This document shows, piece after piece, positions 26,401 through 40,411 of a DNA stretch of 64,000 nt. This stretch comes from Podarcis vaucheri (lineage: Eukaryota), in the NCBI GenBank assembly GCA_965113315.1, contig OZ220364.1. The stretch is one strand, 5' to 3'. The number at the start of each line of letters is the position of its first letter. Positions within the stretch are counted from its first letter, which is position 1. Below the pieces are notes generated by a model. It was not told the origin of the DNA, made no database searches, and saw nothing but the letters and a program-made list of their open reading frames with translations. The position numbers were made by a program, and so were the translations under genes.

Positions 26401-29400
26401 GAGGTGCAGTCCAGCCATATCTGAAGAGCACTAAGCTGGCTGGATCTGGGATACTCCTTATGTAATGATACAAATGTGAATAGTGAAAAAGTATCTTTAA
26501 ATTGTGGTGTGAAAAGCAGTATTTTGAGTCAAACCATTCTGAAATACATCTTTGCTATTCACAAACCTTTCACTCCCCCACAGCAGTCTTATTCTTTGCT
26601 TCTTATGGTGTTCTCCCCTCCACATTGTAAAATTATCAGTCACTGTGTAGTGAAATCCATGCAAATATGAAAGAATCCTTTCCCGTCTACAGGTTGAGAT
26701 GAGTTATCTGGGCTGCTTAAAGAAAGAGAACTTGAACTTTCAAGAGTGGGACTGGGCTACCATATTATCCTGGTGTGGGTGCGCATCTTTAAGTTGGCCT
26801 GCGTCAGTCAGGTACAACAATCCACCCTCCCAACCAATTTCCAGAGTACTGGATTTCCTGGTTGCTGTTCAAGGCAAAGTAGGCGTTTGGGGTACACAAA
26901 AAGTACAGACTTCGTATATGAGCTGGTGTGTGCATGGAAAGAGGGCCTGAGGCTGAAATGTTACTGGGGGCAGAGTCAATAGTTGAATAAGCAAATTAGA
27001 ACTTGGTTCACGTAAAACTACAATGTGAATTGTAGCAATGTTTTCGTTTTGTAATGAATAGTGCCAGAACAGTAATGCTGCATTTTATTTATATCCAATA
27101 TAGCCACGTTCTTCCCTGTGTGCCTTTCCCTGCTGTTTTGTTGCTGTTGATTCTTACGTTCAGTTCACTGCATTCACACAACACTTTAAAATCACAAAAA
27201 GAGTACAGTAGTGCACATTCTAATCATAATGTACAGCTTTTTTCAAGCAGTTTTGCCTGAGATAAACATTTTTGCAAGCTGTTTCTGCTAACATAATGCA
27301 TTTGTGTCTTGTTTTCATACATGAATGCTTTTGGGGGTGAAGAACTGCATCACAAAATTCAGAGTAGTGTGAATTTTAAAGATAGCTGTTCAAGGAAGTG
27401 TGAATTAGTTTGTATTAAAATACAAAATGAACAGAACTTTCCTCTAACCTTACTGGTGAATAATATTTGAGTATAAGGTACCGTTGATGATAATGATATC
27501 CAAAATGTTAAAAAATGGTATGTGAAACTCAGCTGCTGTAAGCCATTTGGGCATTTGATATGAATATTGGCAAAGCATCCCGAGGCCAATAAGCTTTACA
27601 CACTCCTCCATGCAAGCAAGGCTTCCTTTACCCAAGTTCTGCTCATAAACATTTGATTAGGGGTACTTGCCTTTGCGAGAGTCCCCCTTACATGGTCAAA
27701 TGTTTACAACTTCTGTAGTTGGGCGCTTGCTTTCTAGGAAAGCAATGCTGGTTTAGAGATTCCTTGCAGCTCTCAGGTGTGTTAAGGACTCCTGGTACAT
27801 CCTTATTCTTGACCCCCTCATGGCACTGAGGTGGGGATTTTGGCTGCATGGAACTTTCCCACTCTCTGCATACACCCAACATGTGGCTTAATTTATCAAG
27901 GCACACTTGTTGTTAAATAATTTTATTGCATGCTCTTATCACATATTATGTCCAAGCTAGGAATGTCCACTCCCACATAATTGTTTCAATCAGCGCTGTT
28001 TATGATCTGTCACAGTTCTGCTGTTATTTGTCTCACTGTCTACTAGAGCAAATGTTTTTGAAATTAATTACATAATTAACCATTATTATTAAGTAATATC
28101 TCATCTTTCTCCCTGACAGGGACTCAGGTCGGCTTATTATTATGTTATCATATGTTACCATTGAATTGTTCCACACAATTCATTTCAGTGCAGAGGAAAC
28201 AGAGGGCAAATTGCAGAGCAGTGGGGAGAACAATCAATTACATATTATTATGTATCCTTTGTGGGTTGAAAAGGATCACAACAGTGAATACTGATCGTAT
28301 TCTCTAGACTGAATTGTATTCCGGGAATGGGATGGGTATGCTAATGTTGGTAATTTCTGTTCCACTTTCCATTTTTGCTGGAATTCTCTGACATCCCTAG
28401 CCCAACCACACAACTTGAGGATCAATGCAGTCCTGATACACTTCCAGGACACACTGAAAGGATGGCTTTTATTTTTGCTTCAATGCATTTTTGCAATATT
28501 TGGTTGTTTTAGAGAGCCCTCCCCACAGGGAAATGCAGCAATGAATGTCTTTGCAAGTCAGAAAAACTCTAATGTGCGTCTAAGAAGATTATACAACTTT
28601 CAACCAATGAAGGAACACTTGCATGTAATACATGTTTAGTGTTTCAGGATGTGCTAAAGTAACATTAGACTTTTTGAATGAGAAGCATTTTGAAGAGCAG
28701 GAGATGCCACTGAGCATTAATTGCACATTAGCAGATGCTCTGGTTATCTTTCACTGAAGATAGGATGCTGACCATGTGGTCTGAATGTCATCAAACACTT
28801 TCCTTTCATAATGGGAAAGGTTACAGCAAAAAATAGTTTATTATTAGATAAACTGGCTTGTGAGAAGAACAGGTGCTCTTCACCACAATATTAGTTACCG
28901 GTACTTGGAACTGTCCTCTGAGTTCTCTGAAATCTTTCTAACTCATTGGCTGCACAGAAGCTAAAACTCAGGGTCATAACCAAACGGGTTAAGTGTACTC
29001 AGGAACCTTTTGTGAGAGAGTTTGTAGAAGACTTAAAAAAAAAAAAACAAAGGTGAATAATCAGATTGCCACTATCAACATTTTTACTGGCATTCCAAAA
29101 GAATTTTAGAACACCAATGTTGATTCTTTCCCAAGTCGTATATGGATTAGGGGTGATCAGAAGGCAGACCAGGATGTGCTAGTAGACTCCCAGCTGTTTT
29201 ATTTATTAAATTTATATCCCACCCTTCCTCCCAAAGGAGCCTAGCTGTTTAACAATAGCAACAACAAAACAGCAAATGAAGAAAGCTAATCAAGACTGGA
29301 CTTTTGTGGGAAAGGTCTATGAAATCACTTTCTACTGAAGATATACGCTTAGAATGTGTTCAGAGCCACCCTGTTCAGAGCCATGCCGTTCTAATAGCAT

Positions 29401-32196
29401 GTCTTTAACACCTAGCTCTGAAGTCTGCCTACTCCTGGTTTTATATGCTGTTGCTGGTTTTTCATTTCAATAGAGAAAATATGAAGACGAGAAAGTCAGA
29501 TGCCTTCTAGCTTTTGCTATCATGCTCACTATCTTTCTGAGGGTGTATCCTCTTTCTATGGCTATTTGAGATTTAATTATAGCAGTGAGGTATGTACCAC
29601 AAAGAAGTATCAGCTGCATTTAACAGGTGTCTTTTCGTTCACTGTTGCTGGTGTCCTCTTAACACAAAGGAAAATATTCTAGGGATGCCAACATACAGTT
29701 TTAAAGCACTGTAACCTGCTTAGTAGCTTCAAAATTCTATGTGTGCCCACCACATTCTCCAAGAAATACTGAAAACAGGATCCTAAAACTGAGAAGCCGG
29801 ACTAGAGCTTTTTTTTAAAAAAACAAAACAAAAACCACACCATATTCTTTACTCTCAAATCTCTCTTTTCTTGAAGGCCTTCTTGCATTATTGATTTATT
29901 ATCAACTTTGACACTAGTTTAGATAATCTATTTCTTCCAGTCTAAAATCTATTTTGATAGACTTTTCCAACAAAAACATGAAAAACAATTTCATTTACAA
30001 GCCTGAATAATCCTTTGCAACAATATCCGCTCTATTGGAGATTTTCTTTGAGTGCTATGGCTTCAAGGGAAGTGTAAGGGGAAATGCAGTGCATCATAAA
30101 CAAAATGGAGTCTATGCTACCTTTTTCAATCAAGAAATATATTTACTTGTTACTTCAGAATGCAACCCACTCAACATTGTAATCGTTATATTAAACATTG
30201 TCATCTGTAATGGGAAATGGGGAAAGTATCAGAAACATGTTGCCCATTCCACTCCAGTATTGGAACTTTCTGTAGAAGCAGAAGATGTGAGCCATAGATC
30301 AGAAAATTCAATGGGGCCCCATTGACTGCATAGTAAAATAACTATAACTTTTCGAAAATGATGGAATTTGCAGGTGTATTAGCTGCTAGTGAGTGGGTGA
30401 CACCTGCAATATTTCAGACAAATAGGTTAAAGAATATTTTGTGTAGTCACCTTTACTTTTCCATTTTAGGGTATACCTATAGCTTATTTTCTATGCAAAT
30501 GAGGGGATGAAGTCTGCCAAAATTCCACACAGATTAGTGCAACAGGGCTTGTTCACAGACTCCTAGAACCCAAGGCACTTTGACCTGCCCCCCAATGTAT
30601 TTTTTGAGGGAGCCAGAGCCCCCACTGTTCAGAGGGTGGAGCTGGGCATGGTGCAGCTCTCCCATGTTTTCTGGAGCAATTTGAATAAAAATAGCATACT
30701 CCATAGAGGTACCTGAAAATAAATAACCTTCTACATAGGATAGATGCAAGAATTAGGAAGTATGCTGAATGATAAACTGTTTGAGACTTGTGTGTTTTCT
30801 GCTCGGTTGGCACCAGCTGAAAAGCTGAGTTCTTTCTACATCCCTTCCAGAAGCACTGAGATTGAAAGTTTTTAAAAAAGAGCCCTGGTAAAGCTATTCA
30901 CTGGTTGGAAGCTAGAGGTGTCTATCAAGAACTATAGCAATTCTTTTTCCTCCCCACTCCCCACATCCCCAGTCCTTAAAAATAGAGCTTAGGGGTAATA
31001 TCCTAGTCTCTGTTTGTCTGGGTTGTCTGAATGCCCAACCTAGCTGAAACATAATAAACCTAAATGATGCAGGCTAAAACTAGACATGATTATCACAATT
31101 AATGTGCTACTTTTTTGTAATGTAAATAGCAGCTGTGGAGGAGTTCAACTCTTTCTTCACACAATCCTGACAGAAATCTCCGTGAGACTACTTTTTGGAT
31201 TTCAAGGGAAAATCAAATTGGAGACTTCACTTGGAAAAAATATATCTTCCAAGAGGTGATTTTTGTCAGGACTTCGGTTGTGTCTGAAAGAGAGTTAAAC
31301 AAGGCTGATCAGGCTTCCCCATGACTGCTATTTGCATAGCAAATATGTGCACATCAATTGCATTCACAATCAGTATCACATCTGGTTTGCTCCTGAATCT
31401 CTATGTTTTCTCCCTGGGGAATGGTGGATGTCTCTTTAATATTGTGTTATACCACACTCCTCATGGCAGCCATTTTATGCTATGCCATGGGCCCTTGGCA
31501 GCTATTTTGTAACTGGCATCCCCAGTGCCCTCAAAATGTGCCCACTCGTATAAAAAAATTGGTGATCTCTGGTATATAAATGGCATGAGAACATAATCTT
31601 TATCTAATCACAGTTAAAAATTACAAATGAACAACAGGTCTGTTCATACTATATAGCTTCTGGAACCAAAATGGCATAGGCAACTTCTCTTGGAAAGATG
31701 TTAAAGGAATAACAACCATAAAATGTTTCTAAATCGGATATAAAATAAAATGTATTTCCATTCTAAGTTTCAGATTCTAGAAAACTGCTTTTGATATTTT
31801 TATTTGAGACATAAAATTAAATGAGCCCATGCAGATAATTTCAGTATTTAGGAGCAGATGTTCACACCAGTGCTTTGCAAATTAAGGGCATTCCAGTAGG
31901 TATTCCTGCTATTTGGTACCCAATGAGTATCTAAAAATAACTTGCAATGCATTTGAAAATTACTTGCAAGCATTTGTGGAAGATAATTTGTGGTTCTTAT
32001 ATAGCAAATGGTGCCTTTCATCTAACTACATTAGGCATAAAATGCCCCAAGTTGCAAAACACTAGCTTTGCATTTGTTAATTTAAATTATTAGATCTATA
32101 TTTTTCCATGTCTAAAATGTCTGCCGGCATCAGCAGTGTTAGTAAGCATGTTGCTGCAACTAGTTGTTTGTGGACTAAAATGCTACACATAGGCTT

Positions 32197-32505
32197 AAAG
32201 GTAAAGGTAAAGGGACCCCTGACCTTAGGTCCAGTCGTGAACGACTCTGGGGTTGCGGTGTTCATCTCACTTTACTGGCCGAGGGAGCCGGCGTACTGCT
32301 TCCGGGTCATGTGGCCAGCATGACTAAGCCGCTTCTGGCGAACCAGAGCAGTGCACAGAAATGCTATTTACCTTCCTGCTGGAGCGGTACCTATTTATCT
32401 ACTTGCACTTTGATATGCTTTCGAACCGCTAGGTTGGCAGGAGCAGGGACCAAACAATGGGCGCTCACCTCATCACGGGGATTCGAACCGCGACCTTTCG
32501 ATCGG
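32197..32505 (-). mobile_element. Sauria SINE, 5'-truncated near the B box
   Basis: (AAAGGT)n tail on the + strand, body homologous to 5869-6248, ggggattcgaaccg B box. Confidence 0.9.
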
Positions 32506-32940
32506 AACACATTAAATATTTCTATATAATGTAATGTGCAGATGATTTTAAATGTACAAAGTCAAAAAGGGCACACTGATGCTCGGAGTGGGAGTACTGT
32601 GACAGGGGACACACAAAATGAGTCACAGGTACTCCAGAGCTGGGATGCAGTAGGCTACGCCTTCATTGCTATTGTATAGACATGTAGCCAATTTGGCAAC
32701 TCCAAGACTGCGACCAAGTGAGGTGAGATGCATCTCGGTGCTTATGCTGATAAGACCAGCCTTGAGAGAGACAACAGCCTCACGCTGAACTCTGCTTTGC
32801 TACACTACCCTTTAGGCCCTCCTCCAGGGAGGAGTGGTGCTGCTGGTATAAAAACTTAAATGGGTTCTCCCTCCTTTTGTTTTACCCTCACAACAACTCA
32901 GTGACGTAGGTTAGGTGAAGAAACAGAATCTGGCCTAAGT

Positions 32941-33055
32941 TAGGATTGCCGTACATCTGGAATTTCCTGGACATATCCCGAATACTGCAGTCGGCAGCAG
33001 TGTCTGGGTGGAAATTGGTAAAATGTCTGGGAAAATCCGGATGTACGGCAGCCCA
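32941..33055. mobile_element. Short MITE with about 23-bp imperfect TIRs (hAT/Tip100-like)
   Basis: taggattgccgtacatctggaattt ... aaatccggatgtacggcagccca. It abuts a MIR/Squam3-like SINE fragment at about 32880-32940. Confidence 0.6.
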
Positions 33056-33751
33056 TGTCAGCAGTGCCATTTTTGCCAATTTTCCATAAAAATAGCTCAA
33101 AATCGGCTCTCTCTTTTTGCCAAAAAAGCCCAACAACTTTAGTCAAAACTTTGCCCCCCCCCCAAAAAAAAACCCCATCCGAATGTTCACTGCTTGAAAA
33201 ATGGCAAACCAACCTAAGGGCACCGAGCAAACTTCATGGCTGAGTGGATGTGTCAAATCATTTTGGCTCAAAAAAGAAAAAGGGAAAAAATTTTATTGTT
33301 GCTGGATCAGGCCTATGGGTCTATCTAGCCTACCATCCAGTGATCGCAGTGGCCAACCAGATGCCTATGCGAAGCCCACGAGCAGGATTTGAGTGGAAGA
33401 GCACCTGTGGTTTCCATAAGTTGCTATTCTGAAGCATTGCTGCCTTCTCCCATCAAACTTGCTTTTTCCACCACTGTTGCACACTGGGTCAATAGCTTTA
33501 TCAAGCCATGTATTATGACCCCAAAGTCTCAGTCCTGGTCTGTCACCGCCAGTTCAGACTCCATGAGTGTATTTGTTGGGGTATTAATAAATGACCACAA
33601 CAAATGAATACTGGGGTTTGAACTATTTAAATCTTGAATTTATCCAAGCATGATTATCTGAACAGAATTGCTATGAATCTTAAATCACTTTTGACTCCCT
33701 CCACTTAACATAGTATTAGACCCCTAAGATCAGCACATGAGAGAACTGCAG

Positions 33752-33982
33752 CAGGGGTCAGCAAACTTTTTCAGCAGGGGGCCGGACCACTGTCCCTGAG
33801 ACTTTGTGGAGGGCCGGACTATATTTGGGGGGGGGATGAATGAATTCTTATGCCCCACAAATAACCCAGAGATGCACGTTCTACTCATGTAAAAACACGC
33901 TGATTCCTGGACCATCCGCAGGCCAGATTTAGAAGGCAATTGAGCCAGATCCAGCCCCTGGGCCTTAGTTTGGCTACCCATG
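33752..33982. mobile_element. hAT-type non-autonomous element
   Basis: caggggtcagcaaact...agtttggctacccatg imperfect TIRs and repeated gggccgga motifs. The TSD is degenerate. Confidence 0.65.
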
Positions 33983-34369
33983 ACCTACAATAACACACCT
34001 TGTTTGCAACTCATGAAACTTGAGTTATTTGTGTAGTTTAGTATTGGCATTGGCAGAGGTGGATTTAGGGCAGCACAACTGGTTCTGCTGCGCTGGGCAT
34101 CTAGACTAGGGGGCACCAGACCTATGACATATTGAATTGAGCAGAAAGGAAGATGAGAGGTGGGGGAGTACCGAATTTTGGCCTGGCACGTGGCACTGCT
34201 GAAATTTGAAAGTCGTCTCTGGCATTGGAGGACTGTAGGGCTATTGTACCTTTAACTGGTATGTGGCAGGTAGATATTAAATAGAGTAAGTCTTTTGGAG
34301 TATAGAACTACAATTAGGGGGAAAGCTTCACTGGTTGACATTCCATCTGTTGGACAAATTATTACTGGC

Positions 34370-34375
34370 TTTATT
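34370..34375 (-). other. Candidate LRTM1 polyadenylation signal (AATAAA)
   Basis: tttatt on the + strand about 290 nt past the LRTM1 stop codon. Unverified. Confidence 0.3.
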
Positions 34376-34664
34376 TTTGGCATTCCACCTGCAAAAGAGG
34401 GTACAAATCTGCACGTGACATTTGAATATACTTTGTTATGCAAATGTGTGTCTTTGGCAAGTGCAGCCGATTGCCCAATCTACATATGGTATACCAGTGG
34501 CCAGAAAAATATTGTTGGCACATCTGTAGTTATATGCAAACAGTTTTGAATGTGGAAAATCAAAATGTAAGAGTAACTAATAAATCAGCCATATTCCGAC
34601 TCTACTCAGCTTGTTGGGCAAGGGGAGTAGTATATGTTTCTGAAAGCCCATAGCAATCAGTAAC

Positions 34665-35101
34665 TCAAGCCAATGACCTCTCAAATGACTCTTTTTCCTC
34701 AAGACTCCTTTTCTCCTTGCCAGAGGAGTTCTTTTCACGGTGGTACTTTGCGGTGATTGCAGCATAAGCACAGCCATACACAGCGGCAGCCAGCATCATG
34801 AGACATACAATCCCACAGACCACTCCAGTTATTACTACAGTGGCAATTGCATGACGCAAGCTAACGGGTCGTGGCTTTGGTTTCGGTTCACAGTGTGACC
34901 GGCTGCTGTCTCCTCCGTGTTCATTGTGATGGGCGAGCTTTGGAGAACTTTTGTGCTCAGAACTATAGTGAAGAGCATTGGCCTGGTGGACATCAGAAGC
35001 TGTAGGAGGGCAGATTCCATACAATTCATAAGGAATTCTCAGGAGGTCTTTTCCCTTCCGATGATCAGGCGCTGAGCAGATGATACTGTCACTAATTCCT
35101 C
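34665..35101 (-). CDS. LRTM1: LRTM1 exon 3 (437 nt to TGA): end of LRRCT, stalk, TM helix (AIATVVITGVVCGIVCLMMLAAAVYGCAYAAI) and short cytoplasmic tail
   Basis: ttttcag acceptor. KGKDLLRIPYELY, CEPKPKPRPVSLRHAIATV and the TM segment match LRTM1/2. Location inside CACNA2D3 indicates LRTM1. Total CDS 1041 nt = 346 aa. Confidence 0.95.
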
Positions 35102-36444
35102 CTGAAAAGAAGGAGCATTTGTCAAGCTCTTGCTCACTCAGAAGAACCAACCAAACACCCACTAACAAATATAATGAAGAAACTGATTTTTCTCCTGTAT
35201 AAAAATGACAACCATCTTCTATGCTAGTTGGTTTACAGTTAAATTACAACAATGGAAAAACCTCATATTAGTGTGTGGTTTTGCTAGTCATTTGTGAAAG
35301 TTAAGCTTTCCTTTCATTCATAGATGCTATTGGAAAACAGTCCAACCAAGGAAAACAAATGGTCGTAATAAGGTTGCAAATAGGGGGGAATACACCATTG
35401 GCTTGAAGCCCAACATAACCGTGATTAAAGCCAACATGGAGGAAGTTTAAAATGGCCACCATATAGTAACAGTGTTTTGGAAACCATGGTTAAATAGATG
35501 CTGAGCAGAGACAAAAGCAAATTAGGTCCTATTTTAATGTGAGAATGATCAGATGTTTTCCATTCAGTGTGAGAGAGTTGGCCTGATCTGAGTGATGGCA
35601 TGTCACACAAAACAACAATTGTTGTGAAGGAAGTGAAAGGTCTGGGACCAAGAGGGTCTATGTGCTTTTGGTGGAAATTGAGAGCAGAGACAAAGAGCTC
35701 AGGAAACAAAGAGGCTGAGGGAAGTTTCAGTAGGAAGACAAACCAGGAGATAGGACCAGGACGTAGGGGCCCAGAAGATACAATGGCTAAAGAAGAGAGA
35801 CTAAACAGAGATGGACTGAGGGTAGGAGATAGTTAATGGGTAGGAAATACTACACTTTCTTTGACTGCACTTTATATTTAAACAACTGTATGTATAAGAT
35901 CGCAGAGAAATTAGTTTTGGATTGACTTTACATTGGTTTGTAGGGTTCTGGTTTCTTTTTCCAGGGACAAAAATGTTATCACACATGTCTTCAATCACTT
36001 GAGGAGTGAATTTCAGTCTGAGCATACAAAGGGGTGGGTGGGAAGAATCTCCTATTTTTTCCATTTTATTGTTTCTGCTTATAAGTATACATATAGGTAT
36101 AAAATGAAGTGAGCAAAAAGTATGGACACAGAAGTTACAGATATAAAAGTTATATAGTAGTAAAATTGATGTAATATGTCTGTTGCGTTTTGCTATCCCA
36201 AGAGTTATTGAATGTGAGCCATTTTTCAACAAATCTGCTTTCCGTCTGCCTTCTTTAACTTGTATATAAAAGGCCCTCCTTGCATATTCAAACAATGTTC
36301 GCTCCCATTCTCTCAGACTTGGAATTTAGTCAGATCTGCAGTATTTTGTATGTAGAATTCATGCTGCCATGACTATAAGATTTTATGTGATTTTTGTTTT
36401 AAAAAATGCTATGATGCCCTTCAGTGTAATATAAATATTCTCAG

Positions 36445-36935
36445 AGCTCACTCCTATGCATGTTTTTTTCAGGATGAAGGCACACTAAGTTCAGTGGAAC
36501 TCACTCCCAATAAAGTGTGCATAGGATTGCACCCAAAGATTCTTACCAGAGAGTAAATACCATTGAGCTGAATGGGATTTAATTTTGATTGCTTAGGATT
36601 GTTCTGTACAACTGCAGCCCTAAATGCATTATGTAGAAGTTGAACTTAGTGGAAATTACTTGTGCATTAAAATTGATACGATTGGGCTGCAATTTACTGC
36701 ATGTTGATGGGATTAGGTAGGAAAGAATAATGGAGACTCAAAATTCAGTCATAATCTTGTAAGAAGATTATGCCGTTGTCCAGCAAATAATTACAATAGG
36801 ATTGTCCACCACAACTGCTGATGAATGGCTTGGAAAAAATAGAAGAATCATATAAGGCTGTAATTCCATGCACAGTAGCCTGGAAATAAGCCCAATTGGG
36901 CTCACTGTAATGTTCATCTGAGTAGAACATGCACA
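36445..36935. repeat. Cluster of degenerate ~90-100 bp palindromic repeat units
   Basis: Units of the type cctatgcat...aagttcagtggaact...tgcataggattgca occur 3-4 times. Related copies lie at about 12545-12620 and 41865-41950. Confidence 0.5.
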
Positions 36936-36957
36936 ACAGCGGTGGGGAGGATCTTTT

Positions 36958-37355
36958 TGTTGGGATACTGCCGGGAAGATGGGGGAATCAGGCAGGCATC
37001 AGGCAAGCCCCCAGCTGGCTCCAGCCACCGGCCAGCAGCCGGTCTCCCTTGGAACAGCATCAATTAGCGACACGAGCCTCAGATACACTTAGAGACCCAT
37101 GCACTCTATCAGCAGAGTGCGTAAATCTTCTCACAGCAGAAGAGGCGGACAGAGAAATGTGTAAGCATAATGCCTAGCATTTTATTCAGCATAGTTCAGG
37201 AACAGAGGAAAACACGTCTGCTTCCCTTCGTCTCCAGCAGTAACACAAAAGCTATAAACAGACAGAAGTTCCCAGCAAGTGCTGGAAGTAAACAGGCATG
37301 TGACATACAATAGTCAAGGGAACCTTTTAAGGTGGAACGGAACTATATCCTAACA
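36958..37355 (-). mobile_element. Solo LTR (398 bp) in LRTM1 intron 2
   Basis: Inverted termini tgttgggata...tatcctaaca, 5-bp TSD CTTTT (36953-36957 and 37356-37360), AATAAA on the minus strand at 37181-37186. Confidence 0.85.
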
Positions 37356-38817
37356 CTTTTTCTCTCCATGGGTGAGATCCTTATCAGGTTCTGCCTCATG
37401 GGCCAAATTTGACAGGTGGGCAGTGTGGCTGTTTTGTATTCTGACAATGGGTTGTTAATGTTGCCAGAAAGATGCCATTTGATTAAATTGTATTTCCTGG
37501 GACAAAAATATAGCTTCTCCCACAAGCAGAAAGGTTCCTCCTTTGAAACACTGCTTACCACATTTTGTAGTAAGTGAAGGACTACATATTATTATATAGC
37601 CCCCCCATCCCCACTGTCCTCCATTGCATCCATCCTCAGCAATTATCTAACTGCACAACTGGACATTTGCACACCAAGCTAAAACTTTTTGTTCTAGTGT
37701 ACCTTTAGCATAGGTAATATTCAGATTGTTATGCTGTTTTACTTGTGTGGGCGGGGGGGTTAAGGTAGACATTTCATCTTACGTGTGTGTGTGTGTGTGT
37801 GCCCATCCATCCATTTGGGGGATATAAAGGTAGGGCAGATTATTTAGTGGATCTGGGAGAGGATTGGGCATCATTAACACAGGATATATCAGTTTGTTTT
37901 ATGTAAGTCTTACAAGAAAACTGCTAGTGAAATGAAAAATTGCTGGTGGAATATACAACATGTGCTTTTCCCAGATAGCATTGATAGTAACTTGATTTCT
38001 ATTCATGTTACAAATGTATTGCAGATTAGAACAGTGCAAAGATGGGGAAAGCAAAAAAGGCTCTTAATTTGTCTTGGAAAGCTTATTTCCCTGAGATAAA
38101 TTTATGAAATTATTCTACAAACTTAACAGTTAAGTTATATTCATTCATTATGTTCTTTTGCTTACAAGAAGATGTCTGTATGGAGCATGACTCCAGCAAT
38201 ATATCCTAGGATGGAAAGAAATTACTTAGTAATATTTTAACCGTTCAAGGCTCTTGGAAAGTGATGACCACCTTGGGAGTATATTTTATCCAGTACTCAA
38301 ATTCTGAAATAATAATATTTTTATTATTTATACCCCACCCATCAGGCTGGGTTCCCCCAGGAAAAGCAGGAAGTGTAAAGAAACCCACAAGCTCCATTCC
38401 CCAAGTCTCTCTTCTACATTTTAGCTTAATCGTGATCTCATGTAGTCTTCTCAAAGCAGTAGCTAAGGTGTCCATCACAGAAGGTAAGAAGGTTGGACTC
38501 CTCTAGTTTCATTCCTCAGCCTGCTAACTAGGAAGTTTACTTCTGAATAAATATTTTGAGTACAGAATTGCATGATGTATTGTTCCATGATCAATATATC
38601 TGCTCTTACTACTAGTTTGAAACTATGCTGAATTTTGGAAATATGACAGCAGTGTCTCCACTCGTTTCCTTTATTTGTGTTAGAAGTGGTTGAGTTGATT
38701 GAGTTGAAATATGTATATTGAATTACAACTATATGAATTGCTTCACATAAAACATCCTGAAGTGATTCAACAATGAAAACATCAGCAATACACACATTTA
38801 TAACATTTCAAGGACAA

Positions 38818-39030
38818 AAGAGCCTGCTGGATGAGGCCAATGCCCCTCTAGTCCAGCGTCCTGTTCTCACAGTGGCCAGCCAGATGCCTCTGAGAAACCT
38901 GCAAGCACAGCATGAGCACAAGAACTGTGGCTTCCAGCAACTGGTATTCAGAAGCATTACTGTCTATGACCAATGGGGGCAGAGCATAGCCTTCATGACG
39001 AGTAAGCCATTGATAGTCTGATCATCCATG
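38818..39030 (-). mobile_element. CR1-type LINE 3' end; related relics at about 4750-4890 and 33300-33430
   Basis: aagagcctgctggatgaggccaat...tagtccagcgtcctgttctcacagtggccagccagatgcct. Confidence 0.6.
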
Positions 39031-39814
39031 AATTCATTTAATTCAGTACAAATTGGGATAAAAACCAATGAGTTGATGTTAGTTGTTGATTAATGTAGGT
39101 ACAAAGCTCTCTCTCAAGATTCTAAAACTTAAGGTCACCTAAAGACCCAGATAGGAAATGACAAATAAATAAATAAATTGCTGCCATGATGGCCCCTGGC
39201 CCCATGTTTACAAGAAAGGTATAGTTTACAGAAAAGGTCCCAATACTAGCTGCTGGGGGACAAACAACTGTTCAGAAACATCAGAAAAGCATCTAGCAGG
39301 TCACCATTACCAACAAAAGATCAGGGTCAACAGATCTTTCGCCTGATCCAGCAAGGCTCTAACGTTGTGGCTTCAGTATATATAACATAAGTGAATGGTC
39401 CAGACTTCCCAACATGCTCTTACAGTGTGCAAGTAGCTGCCTTGTCAACAATTTGTTAAAGCCATGTATGTACTACTAAACGTAATATGAACCCTCTCAA
39501 TAAGCAGAAGTCATAGTAACTGCTGTATAGAGTTAAGAATGTTGTAACGTATGATGTAGGCAACCCTAACCATCATCACTTATTGCTATATTTAAACCTT
39601 GTTACACAGTATCAAGTGTAGGAAGTGTATAGGCTATACAGTAAATTCTACATCAGGAAGTCATCCATACTCAGCGACTCCCCCCACCAAATCCATTTTC
39701 CATGTTATTAGATGCTCCCTTGAATTAAAACTTCAATAAATAGTGAAGGTGAGATATGTCTTAATGACATTTGCTGGATATACAGTATATATGTAACAGA
39801 GAAAAATTACTTAC

Positions 39815-40411
39815 CTCTATATAAAAAACTTTCCAGCCACAGTTTAAGGCCAAAGACTTGACAATTGCATTGCCAGAAGTTACCCTTAAACAGAACAACT
39901 TTCAGGTTTGGGAGCGATTCCAACAGAAGTCTGTCTACTTTCTGAAGTTTATTATGTTTCATAGACAATAAAGTTATGTTCCCTGTATTTTTTCCCAGAG
40001 TTCCGGGCATACTTAATATATTGTTGGAGGATAAATCCAGCTCTTTTAGGCGTGAAAGCGAACTAAAAGTTTTGTTGTCTACATATTCAATGAAGTTCTT
40101 CGTTAGGTTTAGTATCTGTAGATGTTGCAGTTCTTTGAATGTGCCAGGCAACAGACCCGTAATAGAGTTATTAGATAAATCCAGGATTTTGAGGGCCAGA
40201 GTGTCAACAAAAGCACTTTGACTGATTTTCTGAATGCGATTATTTGACAACAGCAATATTTGAGTTTCAGCAGGTAAGTGTGAAGGAACTTCAACAAGCC
40301 CTCTATTCCTGCAGTCCACTGTCTTTAAAAAGTGATTACACAGACATTTTGGAGGACAGCCACTCAGCACATCTGTTAGCAAGATGACACTTGAAATCAA
40401 AAGCAACGAAC
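39815..40411 (-). CDS. LRTM1: LRTM1 exon 2 (597 nt): signal peptide, LRRNT (CPPKCLC...VDC), LRR repeats, start of LRRCT (NFWQCNC)
   Basis: ORF 39807..40406 with repeated LxxLxLxxN motifs. catag acceptor at 40413-40412, gtaagt donor at 39814. Confidence 0.95.

Noticed and set aside
35102-35168. Hydrophobic N-terminal part of ORF 34665..35168 suggesting an independent single-exon gene
   Set aside because: It is intronic sequence upstream of the exon 3 acceptor, with a non-ATG start.
35801-36295. 164-aa ORF in LRTM1 intron 2
   Set aside because: No domain similarity and not needed for the LRTM1 frame, since exon 2 joins exon 3 in phase.
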